Assembly: GCF_009914755.1 (NCBI RefSeq)
Contig: NC_060943.1
Direction: 5' to 3' (one strand)
Source: the human T2T-CHM13v2.0 reference genome, Homo sapiens
Length of the DNA stretch: 64,000 nucleotides
The stretch's first letter is position 1. Every line of letters starts with the position of its first letter. Below, in pieces: positions 1 through 14,860 of the stretch. A program made the translations under genes and the position numbers. The notes beneath the pieces were generated by a model. That model was not told the origin of the DNA, searched no databases, and was given only the letters and a program-made list of their open reading frames with translations.

Positions 1-1071
1 CAACAGAAACAAGCTATAGGACCAGATAGCACCTTAGAGAACCTCCTGAAGGTGACCACTTTGTTCTTTTATAATAGGGACCAGGAGGAGGCTCAAGAGA
101 AAGAGAGAAAAGTCAGGAGGATAAAGCTCTAGTAGCTGCTTTGGAAGCTTGCAAAGTCCAGGATCCCTGAGGTGCATCTGCTAGTTGCCATTGGTGTGGT
201 AAGTCAGGGCATTTTAAGAAGGAATGCCCAAACAGCAAGAAGAAGCCATCTCGACCCTGTCCAGCATGTGATGAAGGCCACTGGAAATCAAACTGCCTCC
301 AGAGACAGAGGTCACTGGGTTTACAACTAAATTACCTCTCGAATCCAGGCCTCCCCTCTTCCCATAGCATGACTGTAAAGGGGCATCTCAGGAAAAACTG
401 TAATATTTTTCTCAATCTCTTAGTTGCAGTTAGGAGCACTTGTTATTTACGTATGCCTCCAAGCCATTGTCACGGTAGCTGTACTAGTCAGAAAAGCCTC
501 TAACCCTAGGAAATAACTTAACTGTTTACAACCCACGTAATGTGGCAGAATTACTGTCTTCTAGGTGGAGCCCTTAGCTAACAACCAACCAGTATAGCAA
601 TAAATACATAGGCCAGGATAAGCAGTAGTCACTGTAAATAATGTCTCTCTCCAGACACAAGTGCTCAATTAGCTGGACTAACAGCTCTTACAAGAGCACT
701 TGAATTAAGCAAGGGAAAGGTAGCTAACATTTCCACTGACTCCAAGCATGTTTTCTTAGTTCTCCATGCTCATGCTGCCATTTAAAAGGAAAGACATTTT
801 CTTACCACTAATGGATCTTCTATAAAATATCACCAGGAAATTAACAGGTTATTATCCTCAGTTTTCCTTCCATGAGAAATGGCAGTGATGCATTATAAGG
901 GACATCAAAATGAACAAATAAATAGCCAAAGGAAATAGGTTAGCTAAGCAGGCAACTAAGTCAGTGGCAAGGAAGCCCCAAGGCATCAATATACTTCAAG
1001 TCCTTTTAATCTAGGAAGGCCCTATAAGAGAAATTAAACCTCAGTATTTTTCGCAGAAATAAAATAGGCCA

Positions 1072-1373
<302 letters not shown>

Positions 1374-2034
1374 TAAGCCATTTCTTGAGGGCATACTTTC
1401 CATCCCTCAGGATGGCTACAGTCAGGGGATGGCAAACTCCATTTGCCAGCCTCCAGCCAATGGAAAGTCATTAAAATCCTGCACCAAGATTTTCACTTAG
1501 GAACTTCCAACAGTAATTAACACAACTAGAAAAAGTCCAACCTCAGGAAATAGAACCATCTCTATTTAACCCAGATTTGGTATTAGTGAAAACTCTCCCT
1601 TCTCTGCTTCCCTAAGCCAAGCTAGGAAGGGCCCTGCACTGTTCTTCTCCCTCAGCAGTAAAAGTTACAGGTATCAAGTTCTGAATACATGACACTCAAA
1701 TCAAAGCCTGAAGAGCTGAGGGAGCAACCCCTGATGGCCCAGAGGAACGTCCTCAATATCAATGTGAAAAAATAGAAGAACTTAAGCTGAAAACCATAAA
1801 AGATAAGTGAGGTCTACTCATCTTACTCAGTCTCATTTACTCCTCACTAAATAATTTTTTAAATTTTTGCCCTTTTCTCTCAAAATTTACTTTAATATCT
1901 TAAAATATTAGAACATTTAAAAATGCATACATGCAGGGAGATTTTAATTATACATGGGTTTGCATTTGTAATTTCATAGAACCCCAAAGGAAAATGTTAT
2001 TTCTTGGCAAGTAAAATTTTAAACAAAAATTATT

Positions 2035-2327
<293 letters not shown>

Positions 2328-2817
2328 TTATCTATTATGCAACTCTTGCACGAATTGTTATACTCACTCCACTATTTGCAGAACTATACACTTTGGCACC
2401 CGTAATGTGTAATTCTGATTGCAAAATTCTAATTGCTATAATACTTGGCCGAGTTATCATACTTATAACAGTATTAATAATTGCAGGATTTAGTGAAGGT
2501 TGTTTTGCTTAATTATTATCCTTGTATCAGAGGTAATAGCTACAGACAAAAGTAAGCATGAAAGTTTTACTTCACTGAGCTTGATAGGACTTTTCATTAA
2601 ATATTGGTAATATGGGCTGGGTGCAGTGGCTCATGCCTGTAATCCCAGCACTTTGGGAGGCTGAGGCGGGCGGATCACCTGAGGTCAGGAGTTTGAGACA
2701 AGCCTGGCTAACATGGTGAAACCCATTGTGGCAGGCACCTGTAATCCAAGCTACTTGGGAGTCTGAGGCAGGAGAATCACTTGAACCCAGGAGGTGGAGG
2801 TTGCAGTGAGCTGAGAT

Positions 2818-3335
2818 TGTACTGAGTGAGTTGTAGAGAAATGCCACACTTTGAGACTAATTGAGGAGTCCTTTTATTGCCGGCGACCAAGAGATGGCTA
2901 GTGCTCAAAGTTCTCTTGGCCCTGAAGAAGGGGCTAGATTTTGTTTTATATTGTGGTCTAAATAGGGGAGGGGGAGTTTAGCTGAAGCAATTTTTACAGA
3001 AGTAGAACAGGCAAAAAGTTAAAAAATTAATTGGTTACAGAAGCAGTTACAGAAAAATAAACAGTTCCAGGTGCAGGGGCTTAAACTATCACAAAGAGAT
3101 AAATGCAGGGGTTTTAGGGGCCATCCACTGAGCATGTCCCCAGGAGCTGCTGGTTCAGCTTGCCTCAATACCTTATTAGTAAGTGCATTCCTGGATGTGC
3201 TTGGAGTCAGCTTGCACTAGTTATGCCCTTACGGGAGGGAGGCAAAGGGGCTGTAAGTGAAGGAACTAAAATGGAGTCTGTCTGGCTCTCTCAGTTAAGA
3301 GAGACAATTAGGTTAAAACAAGGTAGGGTATCACA
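2818..3335 (-). mobile_element. HERV-T 3' LTR (LTR6-like)
   Basis: Begins TGTGATACCCTACC after the PPT; contains AATAAA; direct repeat of 12081-12587. Confidence 0.88.
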
Positions 3336-3358
3336 TTCCCCACTCGTGTTTTGGGGAA

Positions 3359-5249
3359 TCAAATAATTGATTCCTTGGTTATAACAAGGGGGTATGTTGG
3401 GTTCTATGATACATAAGTTTGGTAGAAGTTATGTGCTGCTTTATAAAGTTAAGAAACCAGTTTAATATATGAGGCCCGAAGACTAAACCTAACAGGAAGA
3501 GGAGAAGGGGTCCTGCCAATCCAGTAATTAGGATAGTTAGCCATGGATTCCAGTTAAAGGTGCTTTTGTACCAGGGGGTGTTACTTTCTCATTCCTGTTG
3601 GCATCTATCTAGATTTTTTTGAACTTTTGGGGGTGTATCTTTTACGACTCTAGACTGATTGGCATAGAAACAACTCTCTCCCAGAGCTGCGCATAACCCT
3701 CCTTGGGAGAGAAATAGTAGATCTAAGCCTCAGCAGTTTTGAAGGGCTGCTTCAGCTAGAGACTCTACCTGGGTATGCAGTATATTTCTGGCTGATTGGA
3801 GATTGCTTAAATCTGCATCTACTTGTTGGGACAGGGACATTAGTCCAGTTTCCCCTTGAATAAGGGCAGCTGTGCTGATGGCTGCTGATCCAGCTATGCT
3901 AAGGCTGGCCAGAAGGGGCACAAGGAGTGGGGCAGCTCAGCAAAACCTGGAATGTAATTCAGGGGGAGCAATGAGAAGTTGTCCCTCTGGCCCACTGTAC
4001 ACATAGACCTGGGGGAGCACATGAACCAACACTCACAGGAGAGGCCCTGGTTAAGTCCCACTGATGCAGCAAGTGAGGTCAGAAGTGCAGGCCAGCCAGG
4101 TATTGTTGGGTGCCTGGTAGGAGACTGAGGTGTTTAAGGTAGTAAGTAGAGAATGATTACAGGTAGCCTGAAAGGCAGAAGCAGACAAGTTATACCCAGA
4201 GCTAATTAGACAGGAGGTGTTCTTTGACACTTCTCCTAGTGTAAGGGCATGGGGCTGTGTATGACAAGAAAGAGAGTTAACTTTGAACATGGCTTTATTC
4301 CTAACCCAACATACCATGGGGGTTTGGCCTTCAGGCACAACCAGCAATCTTGGGCTAGTTTAGGCTGGATGATATTTAGGAGGTGATGTACCCCATCCAG
4401 AATGGATATCAGGCTGGATTGGAGATGTTGTTGTTGTAACTGAGATCTGGGAACAAGGAGTGGTGGTGGGATAGTTAAATTGACCCTGTCTGGGTGTCTT
4501 TGGAACATAGGGTCACCTAAATCAGTTAAAGGCCTGGTTGACTTAGGAGGGCTCTATGGGACCAGGACCTTTTTTTGGATGGTGAACATAGTTCCAACAT
4601 CAAATCCTGAGATACAAAGCCTTAATCCCCATGACATGCCATAATACCATTGAGCTGAATTAGGGTTACAGACAGTTATAGTGAGAGGGCTACAATTTTT
4701 TATAGTACACGGTCTAGGACGGGAATTGTGAGTTATGGAAAGGGTTGAGGACCAGGTTGATCCTCCAGGGTAAGTGGCTAGGGTTACACACGACCAGTGA
4801 GGGCAGAAAAACTGAAAAGAATCTCAACAACTAGAGTCAGGGTGATTTTCAAGACAGAGGTAAAAGTCAACGCCTTGGAGTCCTTTTTTTGCACCTTTAG
4901 AGCTCCCACCTCCGGCCTAGCTTCCTGTGTGTCTGAATCCTGCAGCAAGGTTGATGTTCCCCACTCCTGCGACTGGCAGATTGCACTGTTCTTCATGGGT
5001 ACAGGCAGGCTCTGGGAACAAAGCACATAAATCGACTGCAAAAGAGACTTCCTTGGAGGTTCCTGCCTTCCAAGTAGTGTTTGAAAACTCACATCCTGTT
5101 GTGAAAGACGTGAGGAGAAAAGAGTAGGATGGAGCAGACGGCATAATAGGCAGAAACAAACAAAAGAGGTAAATAAAAAGGATTAATTTGATGGCTTTAC
5201 TCAACTTAGGTGCAGTTTTAAGGGGACTGGCCCAGGCTTGGGGACCCAT
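3359..5249 (-). pseudogene. HERV-T env, disrupted by frameshifts and stops
   Basis: ORF pieces at 4917-5249 (signal peptide), 4236-4508 (CWLC motif) and 3730-3921 (fusion peptide/heptad). The immunosuppressive domain reads LQNC*GLDLLFLSQGGLC and the furin site reads RFC*AAP. Confidence 0.88.
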
Positions 5250-8200
5250 GTTTCCTGCTGGGCTTTGTTGGCTTTCTTGATGTCAGAGTGATGAATCCAA
5301 GCATGGATACCATCCACCTTTAGAGCCGTTGGCGTGGTGAGAATGACAGTATGAGGTCCCTTCCAGGCAGGAGTGAGTCCTTCTTTCTGGAACTTTTTAA
5401 CATACACCAAGTAACCCGGTTGGAAAGAGTGGCAGGGTCCAGTCTGGCAGGAACCGGATTGGAATGTGCTCACCAGAAAAGTGGCTGGATGATGTCTCAT
5501 ACCTGTTGGAGAGACTGCAAGTACTGTAACAAATTAGCTTGTGAGATTTCTGCTAAATGGTTATCTCTTAGCTTAGGCAAGCTAGTGCACCCCTTTTATA
5601 CATGATTTCAAAAGGTGAAAACCCAGCCCGGTAAGGGGTGCATCTTACTCTAAGAAGGGCTAAAAGAAGGAGCCTTACCCAATTTTCACCTGTCTCTAGG
5701 ATTAATTTAGTAAGAGTGTTTTTTAGGGTGTGGTTTATGCATTCTACCTGTCCAGAGCTCTGGGGTCGATAGGCGAAATGGAGTTTCCGTTGAATGTTTA
5801 ATGGCTTGCTGACCGACTAAGCTATGGACGAGGTGAAGGCTGGTCCATTATCAGACCCCATGGCAACAGGCAGCCCATGTCGAGGGATGATTCTATTGAG
5901 TAAAAGCCTAACTACCATGGTGGCAGTTTCATTTCTGTGGCAAATGCCTCAGTCCATCCAGAAAAAATGTCTACTAGCACCAGGAGGTATTTATACCCTG
6001 TCCGGTGTGGTTTTATTTCTGTAAAGTCAATTTTCTACTTTTCTCCTGGTGAGCTTCCCTGGAGGCCGTGGCCTGGGCTAGGCTTGGGACCTCATCTGGC
6101 ATTTACCTGAGCACAAGCCATACACCAGAGAGCTGCTTGGTTAGTTAAGTCCTGAAGGTGGGGGATCTTGAAATGGCTCTTTAGAAGCTGGGCCAGTTTT
6201 ATTCTTCCCAAACAGGTGGTAGAATGCAGATGATTGATTAAAGTTTCCCCAAAGGCTTGGGGGCATAAAGATTCTGGAATCAGGAAGAATCCACCAACCT
6301 TCCTGATTTTTACTGGCCTGAAGATCTGAAGCTAGTTTTTCTTCCACTGGGGAGTATTCTGGTTGGTCTGGCAAGTCAGTTTGTGGAAAGGACACTGTGG
6401 ACAGCAGGGTTAAAGGGGTGACTGGGAGCAGAGCTGCCTCTTGAGCTGCAGAGTCTGCTCTTTGGTTACCACAGGCAACGGCTGTGCTCTGTCTTTGATG
6501 TCCTTTGCAGTGAATTACAGCCATCTGCTGAGGAAGCCAAACAGCTTCAAGCAGGGCCAAAATTTCTTCTTTGTTTTTAATAGTCTTTCCTGCTGTGGTG
6601 AGTAGCCCTCACTCTTGATAGATGACTCCATGTACATGTACAGTAGCAAAAGTATACCTGCTGTCAGTGTAAATGTTAATACATTTGTCCTTACCCCATC
6701 AGAGAGCCTGAGTGAGGGCGACCAATTCAGCCTTCTGTGCTGAGGTACCTGCCGGCCGTGCCTAGGCCCACAGTATATCTGTCTCTGTTGGAATGGCTGC
6801 ACCAGCCTTTCATACTCCCTGTTCAAGGAAGCTACTGCCATCTGTAACCACGGTGGCATCCAACTCCTTTGGGGGCACATCTCAGAGATCAGGTCGGCCA
6901 GTTTCCATAGTCTCTAACAGTTCTTGGCAGTCATGGACAGGTGTGGTAAGGTCTGGATCAGGGAGCAAGGTAGCTGGATTTAAACACCTTGTGGGAGAGA
7001 AAGCTAAACAAGGCTGATCTAACAGTAAACTCTGATACTGCAGGATGCGAGCATTTGACATCCATTTGCCAGAAGCACTTCATAGCAAAGTTTCTATGGC
7101 ATGAGGAGCTGTAAGGGTTAAATTCTGGCCTAGAGTCAGTTTATCAGCCTCCTGGACCAGGCTTGTTTTTGCTGCTGTGGCTCGCAGACAACGTGGCCAC
7201 CTGGAGACCACAGGGTCTAGCTTTTTAGACAAATAGGCCACTGGGGGTCACCATGGTCCCAAAGTCTGAGTAAGTACACCTTTAGCAACTCCCTGGCTCT
7301 CATGAACAAAAAGGTGAAATGGTTTTGAGATATTTGGGAGGGCAAGAGCAGGGGCCTCAGTTAATGTCTTTTTTAGATTTTGAAAAGCCTGTTCTTCTTT
7401 GTCAGTCCAAACTAGTGGGCCATTCCCTCCGGTAGCAGTGTACAGGGGCTTAGCGATTTCTGTGAACCCCAGTATGCATAAATGACATTATCCCATGGTC
7501 CCCAGGAATTCACATACCTGTCTCTTGGTGGTGGGAGTGGGGATTCGCAGGATGGCTTCCTTTTGAGCACTGGTGAGTGCCGTTTTTCCTTTGTTTATCT
7601 TTTACCCTAGGTAGGAAACTCTGGGAAGACAAAGCTGGGCCTTCTTGGTGAGACCTGGTACCCGAGTTCCTGCAGAAGGCCAAGCAGGTCCCTAGTATGT
7701 TGCAGGCAGCTGTCAGTAATTTCAGTAGCTAATAAAAGATCATCCATGTACTGGAGAAGAGTACAGTTAGGGTGACTGGCTCAGAACGGTATGAGATCTT
7801 GTTGGAGAGCTTCTCCAAAAAGTGTGGGGGAATTTTTAAAACCCTGGGGTAACTGGGTCCAGGTTAATTGGGTGGTGTTTCCTGAGCCAGGATCTGTCCA
7901 TTCAAAAGCAAAGATAGGTTGGCTTTTTGGGGGCCAGAGGAATAGCCAAGAAGGCATCCTTTAAGTCAGTGACAGTGTATACTGTATGTTCTGGTGGGAG
8001 CAGTCTGAGTAAAGTATAAGAGTTACGGACAGTTGGATGGATGGTAACTGTCCACTTGTTAACCTCTCTCAAGTCCTGTACAGGCTGGTAATCATTTGTT
8101 CTGGGTTTCTGGACTGGCAAAGATGGAGTATTCCAGGCAGACTCACATGGTGTGAATATACCAGCTTGTAACAGTTGCTGAATATGGGGATAGATTTCCC

Positions 8201-8799
8201 CTCTAGCCTGCTGACTCATAGGATATTGTTTTACCTGGACTAGCAAGGCAGTGGCCAGGAGTTGTACAACTACTGGCAGATAGTGCTTTGCCAGTCCTGG
8301 GGGTTTGACTCAGCCCAGACTCAAGGAAGGAGAGTCTGTAAATCCAGTAGGAGAGGATTAATTTTATTATCCAGTGCTTGTGAGGGTGAAACTAAGAGAT
8401 TTTTTTTGATGGAGGGGTGGTTAGCAGGAGCTGAACAGCAGTGGGCATTGTGTCCCCTAAAGCAAGGTGAGCTTGTTGGGCCAAGAAGGAGATAGACGCC
8501 TTCAGCTTATGAAGTAGGTCTCATCCAAGGAGGGGAAAGGGGCACTCTCGGACTATGAGAAATGAGTGGGTTGCTCTTTTCTGTCCCAAACTCACCTCTC
8601 ATGAGTGGGTGACAGGATATTCCTGAATAGCTCCAGTATCCCCTTGCACAGCCACCTTTTTATTAGAGACACTGCCCAAGGGCATTTGCAGTACTGAGTG
8701 TTCTGCCCTGGTGTCAATTAGGAAACGTACAGGCCGGCCCCCCACTGTGGCGGACACCATGGGTTCCCGGGGGCCAAGGGAGAGGGAGACCCAGCCCCA
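5201..8799 (-). pseudogene. HERV-T pro-pol (protease, RT, RNase H, integrase), disrupted
   Basis: Protease FLIDTRAEHSVL (~8690-8725), RT ORF 7902-8246 (WNTP, QDLREVN, DLKDAF), LQYMDD at ~7740-7755, RNase H in ORF 6141-6560 (HCKGHQ...GNQRAD), integrase C-terminus 5201-5500 (WKGPHTVIL). Confidence 0.9.
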
Positions 8800-10357
8800 T
8801 CAATCAGCATATTCCTCCACAGCAGGGAGGATGAGGACCTTTTTATTCTCTGGTTTTTCTTCTGGTTTTAATGGGCGTTCCTTCTTCCAGTGTCAAATCT
8901 GCTTGCAATAAGCACATTGGTTTTTTAGTACAGGAGCCTGCTCACCTTTTTGGCCTTTTTGGCAGGGACCCGAGATCTCCTGGCCAGCGCTCTGTGCTGG
9001 GGGCCCTTCCCTCCTGGCTTCTTGGATGGCAGCCACTAAGATTTTTGCCTGTCTTTTTGATGCTTTGTCAGCAGCCTTTTCAGCTGCCTGAGATGCCTCT
9101 TTTTGTTTTTCAAACTCTTGATTGTCAAAAACTTTCTGTGCTATTTCTAAAAGCTGAATGATATTCATTCCAGCAAATCCCTTTAATTTTTGTAATTTCT
9201 TTTTAATATCAGGGGCCTCCTGAGCCACAAATGCCAAATTAATAGCACGGCTATTCTTAGGAGCCGCTGGCTCAAAAGGGGTGTAAGTCCAATAGGCCTC
9301 CTGGAGGTGTTCCAAAAATGCTCCCAGTGACTCATCAGGCCCCTAGAAAACTTCAGTTGTCTTAGATAAATTTATGGGTTTTTGAGTTGCTCCTTTGATA
9401 CCCACAAGGAGATACCAGTGAAAATCATCCAAAGCTGTCTTTCCCCATGAGGAGTTTGGATCCCAACTGGGCCGGGTAGAGGGAAAAACCTCCACTAGGA
9501 GGTCTTGGGCTTCCCCCTCTGGTCTACCGGCTGATGTAAGGAAATACTTCCTAGCCTCCCTTCAGATACAGTCCCTCTCTTCAGAGGTGAAAAGTGTTAA
9601 AAGGAGTTCCTGACAGGCATCCCAGGTGGGCCAGTGAGTCCGGAGCATGGATTCCATCAGTGAGGTCAAGACCTGGGGCTTTTCAGAGTAGGGGGGATTA
9701 TGAACCTTTCAATTGTACAGGTCAGAAGTAGAGAAGGGGACATAAACTAAAAATGGAGCAGAGCGCTCACTGCCTGGAGGGATTTGGGCCTCTCTCAGCA
9801 GGAGGAGAGGGGCCACCTCCTCTGGCTGAGGCCGTAATTGGGTGGCTATAGGTGGAGAAGCCACAGAGCATGTAGTCAAGGAGACATGGGAAGATTCTGG
9901 GAGAGCAGGAGGGTTGTAGGGTGGCAAACATGGGTGAGGAAAACTTTCCTCTTCTTTAGAAGGAGGCAGTACAGGAGGAGCCGAGGGAGCTGAGGGTTGG
10001 GGCAAAAGTGCAGTCGGGCTCAAAAGGACCTGGGAGGTGGGATCATGAATGGTGCATGAGCAGAGCCATGGAGGAGGGCTCTGGACCAAATCTAGCCATT
10101 GATCAATGTAAGGAAACTGATTGGGGTGTCCGGGAGTTCCAGCAATGACCTGCCACACAGTCTGCACAGTTGTGAGATTCAGTGACCCTTCTAGGGGCCA
10201 CCTGGTTCCAAACTGTGGCCATTCCACTTCATAAAGTGTCCAGAGTTTGCTTTCTTAAGGCAGACTCCATAATCCTCTGAGAAGCCCAGAGAGGAATTTT
10301 GTAACGTATATTGGAAGGGCTCCAATCTTTATGGGGCCAGGAAGAAGAGTTCCCCAT
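8800..10357 (-). pseudogene. HERV-T gag, disrupted
   Basis: Start ATG GGG AAC TCT TCT TCC (MGNSSS myristoylation motif) at 10357. ORF 9709-10227 has MA, a PPYNPP late-domain-like segment and PFSTSDLYN. ORF 8893-9315 has CA/NC with CAYC. In-frame TGA at 8800-8802 precedes pro. Confidence 0.88.
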
Positions 10358-11655
10358 TCTGGAGGCAATTAACAAGGTCTAGGCGAAATATTAAACTCAG
10401 CATGGACAGAGAAATTCACAATCTGGGGGGCTGTAGTATAGGAAGAACAGAAGTATTATAACCAGAAGAAGTAGGAAAACAACTATAGCCAACACTTCTT
10501 GTCACATAAGTTCTGTTTCTTTAAGCTTTGAGATCTAGGGGGAGGACAAGAGGTGGGTCTGAGGCCAGTGGGACCTATGTGATCCTCCCCTCCTTTCTGA
10601 CTTATAGCCCAAATATCTTTGGTATCTCCACGACTCAAAGGCAAAAAGTTTAAAGTTGGCCCTTTCTTTTAAGGATTTTAGGAGGGAGAGTAGAGTCATT
10701 GGACGTTGGACTTGCTGTGACACAGGAAAACAAGATGGGTGGGGTAAGGGATGGGGATGAGGAGGAAAGGGGCCACTCTGATCTTTTCTAAGGTAGGAGA
10801 GTAGCCAGAGGGATAGAATAAGAATCCAGGTGGAGTAAAGCAGTATGGGCACAGGTTTCTCTGCACAGTGCCTTATCTAAGGGCATGGGAAAAGTTATGG
10901 GATGACAGAAAAGGTGAGCAAGGAGGACTGCAGGGTGGCTATTTTGAATCCACCACTGGTCTAAGGCAGAGGTGGTCCAGTCACTGGGGCATGGGGTGTG
11001 GCAATCCAAATGCTAGCAATCTTTATGGTGCCAGAAATCCCAAACGGGCAAATGTTCCCCACACCCCTCCCCGTAACAACACCTGATTTGTTTCTGACAG
11101 AAAAGGCAGGACTGGGAAGACCAGCCCAAATGACTGATGAGAAATTTGACCTCCTGTGTTAGAAAATCTGCACTCAGGACTTTAAAGAAGTTCTTGCCCA
11201 GTCATCTTCGGAAATATCGATGACCTGACATGTGAAACTTAGACAGACACCAGACAGGACAAGAGACACCGGGGTATACAAACAATTATGACAATTTTTA
11301 TAGACAGACAAGGGGAGGGGGTCCCGTGATGGGATCAGCCAGATGCCCACCTGGCTGCTCCGCCGGAGGGGACTTAGGCTCCTCTTGGCATTGGCAGGCC
11401 GGTATAAACCCACCGGCTCAGATCAAGCTATGCCCGATGCTGCCTTAAGCCTTATGAGGTCGCCACGGAACCACAGGTGAGGGCCCACTCCAACTCCGTA
11501 GCTTTCACCGTGGAGCTGCAAACTGGAAATTCAAGGACAAGCCCTTGAACCCCACATTCACACACACACTTACACAGAGTTTATCACAATTCTTTATTCC
11601 CATTCTAAAACAGAGGTCTCCTAGAAACCTGAATGAGAGAAGGAGAAGAGATAAA

Positions 11656-11674
11656 AAGAGAGAGAGAGAAAGAC

Positions 11675-11737
<63 letters not shown>
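11656..11737. repeat. (GA)n microsatellite in HERV-T leader
   Basis: Long AG dinucleotide run seen directly. Confidence 0.95.
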
Positions 11738-11739
<2 letters not shown>

Positions 11740-12060
11740 CTAGTCTTAACAGAGAAGGCTGACAGAAACCAGGACTCCGTCCTCCAGCATCCTGGAATAT
11801 GGGCAGAGTCAGAAGGACGCCCTCGTCAGGGCCGCTTCCCTCCCAGAGAAACAGAGTCAGATCTGACTTACCTTCCCAGGACCAGAAATGCAGGACTCAG
11901 GAGTTGATTTTGGAGGGCACACACCGGCAGTCGATCCGTTCCCCTCCGGAAGACAGTGGCCTACGGGTCTCTGGAACAGCTTCAGGAGGTGCCTCCCCTA
12001 TAAGCCCGCTGTCCAGCCAGGAGAGCCTGGAGCGAGTCCGGCACTCACCCGGTGGCAATT

Positions 12061-12078
12061 ATCTTGCTGGGGCTTCCA
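12061..12078 (-). promoter_or_regulatory. Primer binding site, tRNA-Thr
   Basis: Reverse complement TGGAAGCCCCAGCAAGAT directly after the 5' LTR; near match to the Thr PBS TGGAGGCCCCAGCGAGAT. Confidence 0.85.
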
Positions 12079-12080
12079 AA

Positions 12081-12587
12081 TGTTGTAACCGAGCGAGTTG
12101 TAGAGAAACGCCACACTCTGAGACTAATTTCAGGAGTCCTTTTATTGCCGGTGACCGAGAGACAGCTAGTGCTCAAAATTCTCTCGGCCCCGAAGAAGGG
12201 GCTAGATTTTTTTTATATCGTGGTCTAAATAGGGGAGGCGGAGTTTAGCTAAAGCAATTTTTACAGAAGTAGAACAGGCAGAAAGTTAAAAAAATTAATT
12301 GGTTACAGAAGCAGTTACAGAAAAATAAACAGTTCCAGGTGCAGGGGTTTAAACTATCACAAAGAGGTAAATGCAGGGGTTTTAGGTGCGTCCCCAGGAG
12401 CTGCTGGTTCAGCTTGCCTCAATATCTTATCAGTAAGTGCATTCCTGGACGTGCTTGGAGTCAGCTTGCACTAGTTATGCCCTTAAGGGAGGGAGGTAAA
12501 GGGGCTGTAAGTGAAGGAAATAAAATGGAGTCTGTCCGGCTCTCTCAGCTAAGAGAGATAATCAGGTTAAAACAAGGTAGGGTATCA
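12081..12587 (-). mobile_element. HERV-T 5' LTR (LTR6-like)
   Basis: Repeat of 2818-3335 with a ~14 bp deletion near 12388; adjacent to the PBS. Confidence 0.88.
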
Positions 12588-13242
12588 AGAGATCATGCCA
12601 TTGTACTTCAGCCTGGGGGACAAGAGCAAGACTTTGTCTCAAAAAAAAAAAAAATTGGTAATATGGTGCACTGTAAGCTACAGAAAGACAGTTATAAAGA
12701 AAGATTTTATATAAGGAAGAATCTTGTATGTTAAATTCTTGTTCTAAAAGGAGATGACTGGTTGTTTAAAGAATGGATGTTTAGGACAAGTCAGAAAGTT
12801 TGTTATAAGATGGTCTGTGGAAATAAAGAGTTGAATAATTAAAGGAAAGGCATTGCCAAGATTAACACTAAAGTTACTTTAGCCACCGGATGATGTATTT
12901 CTCCCAATCATATTGAAAGTTATAAAAATGGCCTAAACCTAAAAGTATTCCCTAATGGCAAGTCAAGGGGAAAATGTATGTTTTTCTCAAAGAAAATGTT
13001 ACTTTTATATTAACGTTTCTGGTAATGTACAGCAACATCTAGTGGAGGCAAACCAGTATTACAATCCATTGGGACAACTAACAGGTGTAGAACTCTGCTA
13101 TTATACCATAAGGTTGTATTACCCCACTAGCAGCGGTCATCTTAATATGAATATTCTAATCCTGTCTTCAAAACCTTCTGGTAAAAATTATCTCTTTTTT
13201 GCCTAGGTGCTGCAAACAGAGCCACACGAGGACACACCATTC

Positions 13243-13554
13243 TTTTTTTTTATTGTTTGTTTGTTTGATTTAAGACGAAGTCTCGCTCTGTCACCCAAGC
13301 TGGAGTGCAGTGGTGAGATATCGGCTCACTGCAACCTCCGCCTCCCAGGTTGAAGCAATTCTCCTGCCTCAGCCTCCCTAGTAGATGGGATTACAGGCAC
13401 GCAACACCAAGTCTGGATAATTTTTGTGTTTTTATTAGAGATGCGGTTTCACCATGTTGGCCAGGCTGGTCTTGAATTCCTGACCTCAGGTGATTCACCT
13501 GCCTCGGCCTCCCAAAGTGCTGGGATTACAGGCATAAGCCACTGCACCTGGCCT
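13243..13554 (-). mobile_element. Alu
   Basis: Reverse Alu flanked by TSD GGACACACCATT. Confidence 0.9.
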
Positions 13555-13714
13555 GGACACACCATTTTTTTTCAAGAACTCTTAGATCAACCTCAGGAGG
13601 AGCCCTAACTGCTGTTCCCCAACATGATGGCCCTTTTCAGCAGGAAGTATCTTGAAAGATTCGTCATCTGACACCCCCTAACAGCAGTTAGGAATACGTC
13701 TCCTGAGGGGAGAA

Positions 13715-14667
<953 letters not shown>

Positions 14668-14860
14668 GAGTCTGGGAAATGAATCTTAGTCACAGAAAAA
14701 AAGAACAGCAATGAACATGGCAAGGTGCTTATGATTCTGGTCCACTGGATCTTCCTATCCCTAGGAAAGTAAATACCATCACAGTCAGCACCCAGCAAGT
14801 TACCACCATATAATTTCTTGTTTGTTCCAAAATAAATACAGGTGATTCTTATCACAAAGG
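14668..14860 (+). pseudogene. 3' coding half of a split MTDH (metadherin/AEG-1) processed pseudogene; AT-rich UTR-like paralogous sequence continues to ~19060
   Basis: Aligns to MTDH AWETKISHREK...DSGSLDS...TITVTTEQLTT and is colinear with 24605-24790. Confidence 0.8.

Larger units (their letters stand above)
2818..12587 (-). mobile_element. Full-length defective HERV-T (HERVS71/LTR6) provirus
   Basis: Two highly similar ~510 bp LTRs, a tRNA-Thr PBS, gag-pro-pol-env order on the minus strand, PPT GAGTGGGGAA, and a 4-5 bp TSD (G)AGAT. Confidence 0.9.
2614..12653 (+). mobile_element. Alu split in two by HERV-T integration (2614-2817 and 12589-12653)
   Basis: The Alu stops at GCTGAGAT (2817) and resumes at GAGATCATGCCATTG (12589). 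The Alu TSD ATTGGTAATATG is present before 2614 and after the A tail at ~12654. Confidence 0.9.

Noticed and set aside
3359-5249. Possible intact, domesticated HERV-T env
   Set aside because: Broken into several frames with stops at 3937 and 3730; not the coding-competent copy.
11545-11907. Arg-Glu repeat protein ORF
   Set aside because: Translation of the (GA)n microsatellite antisense to the HERV-T leader.
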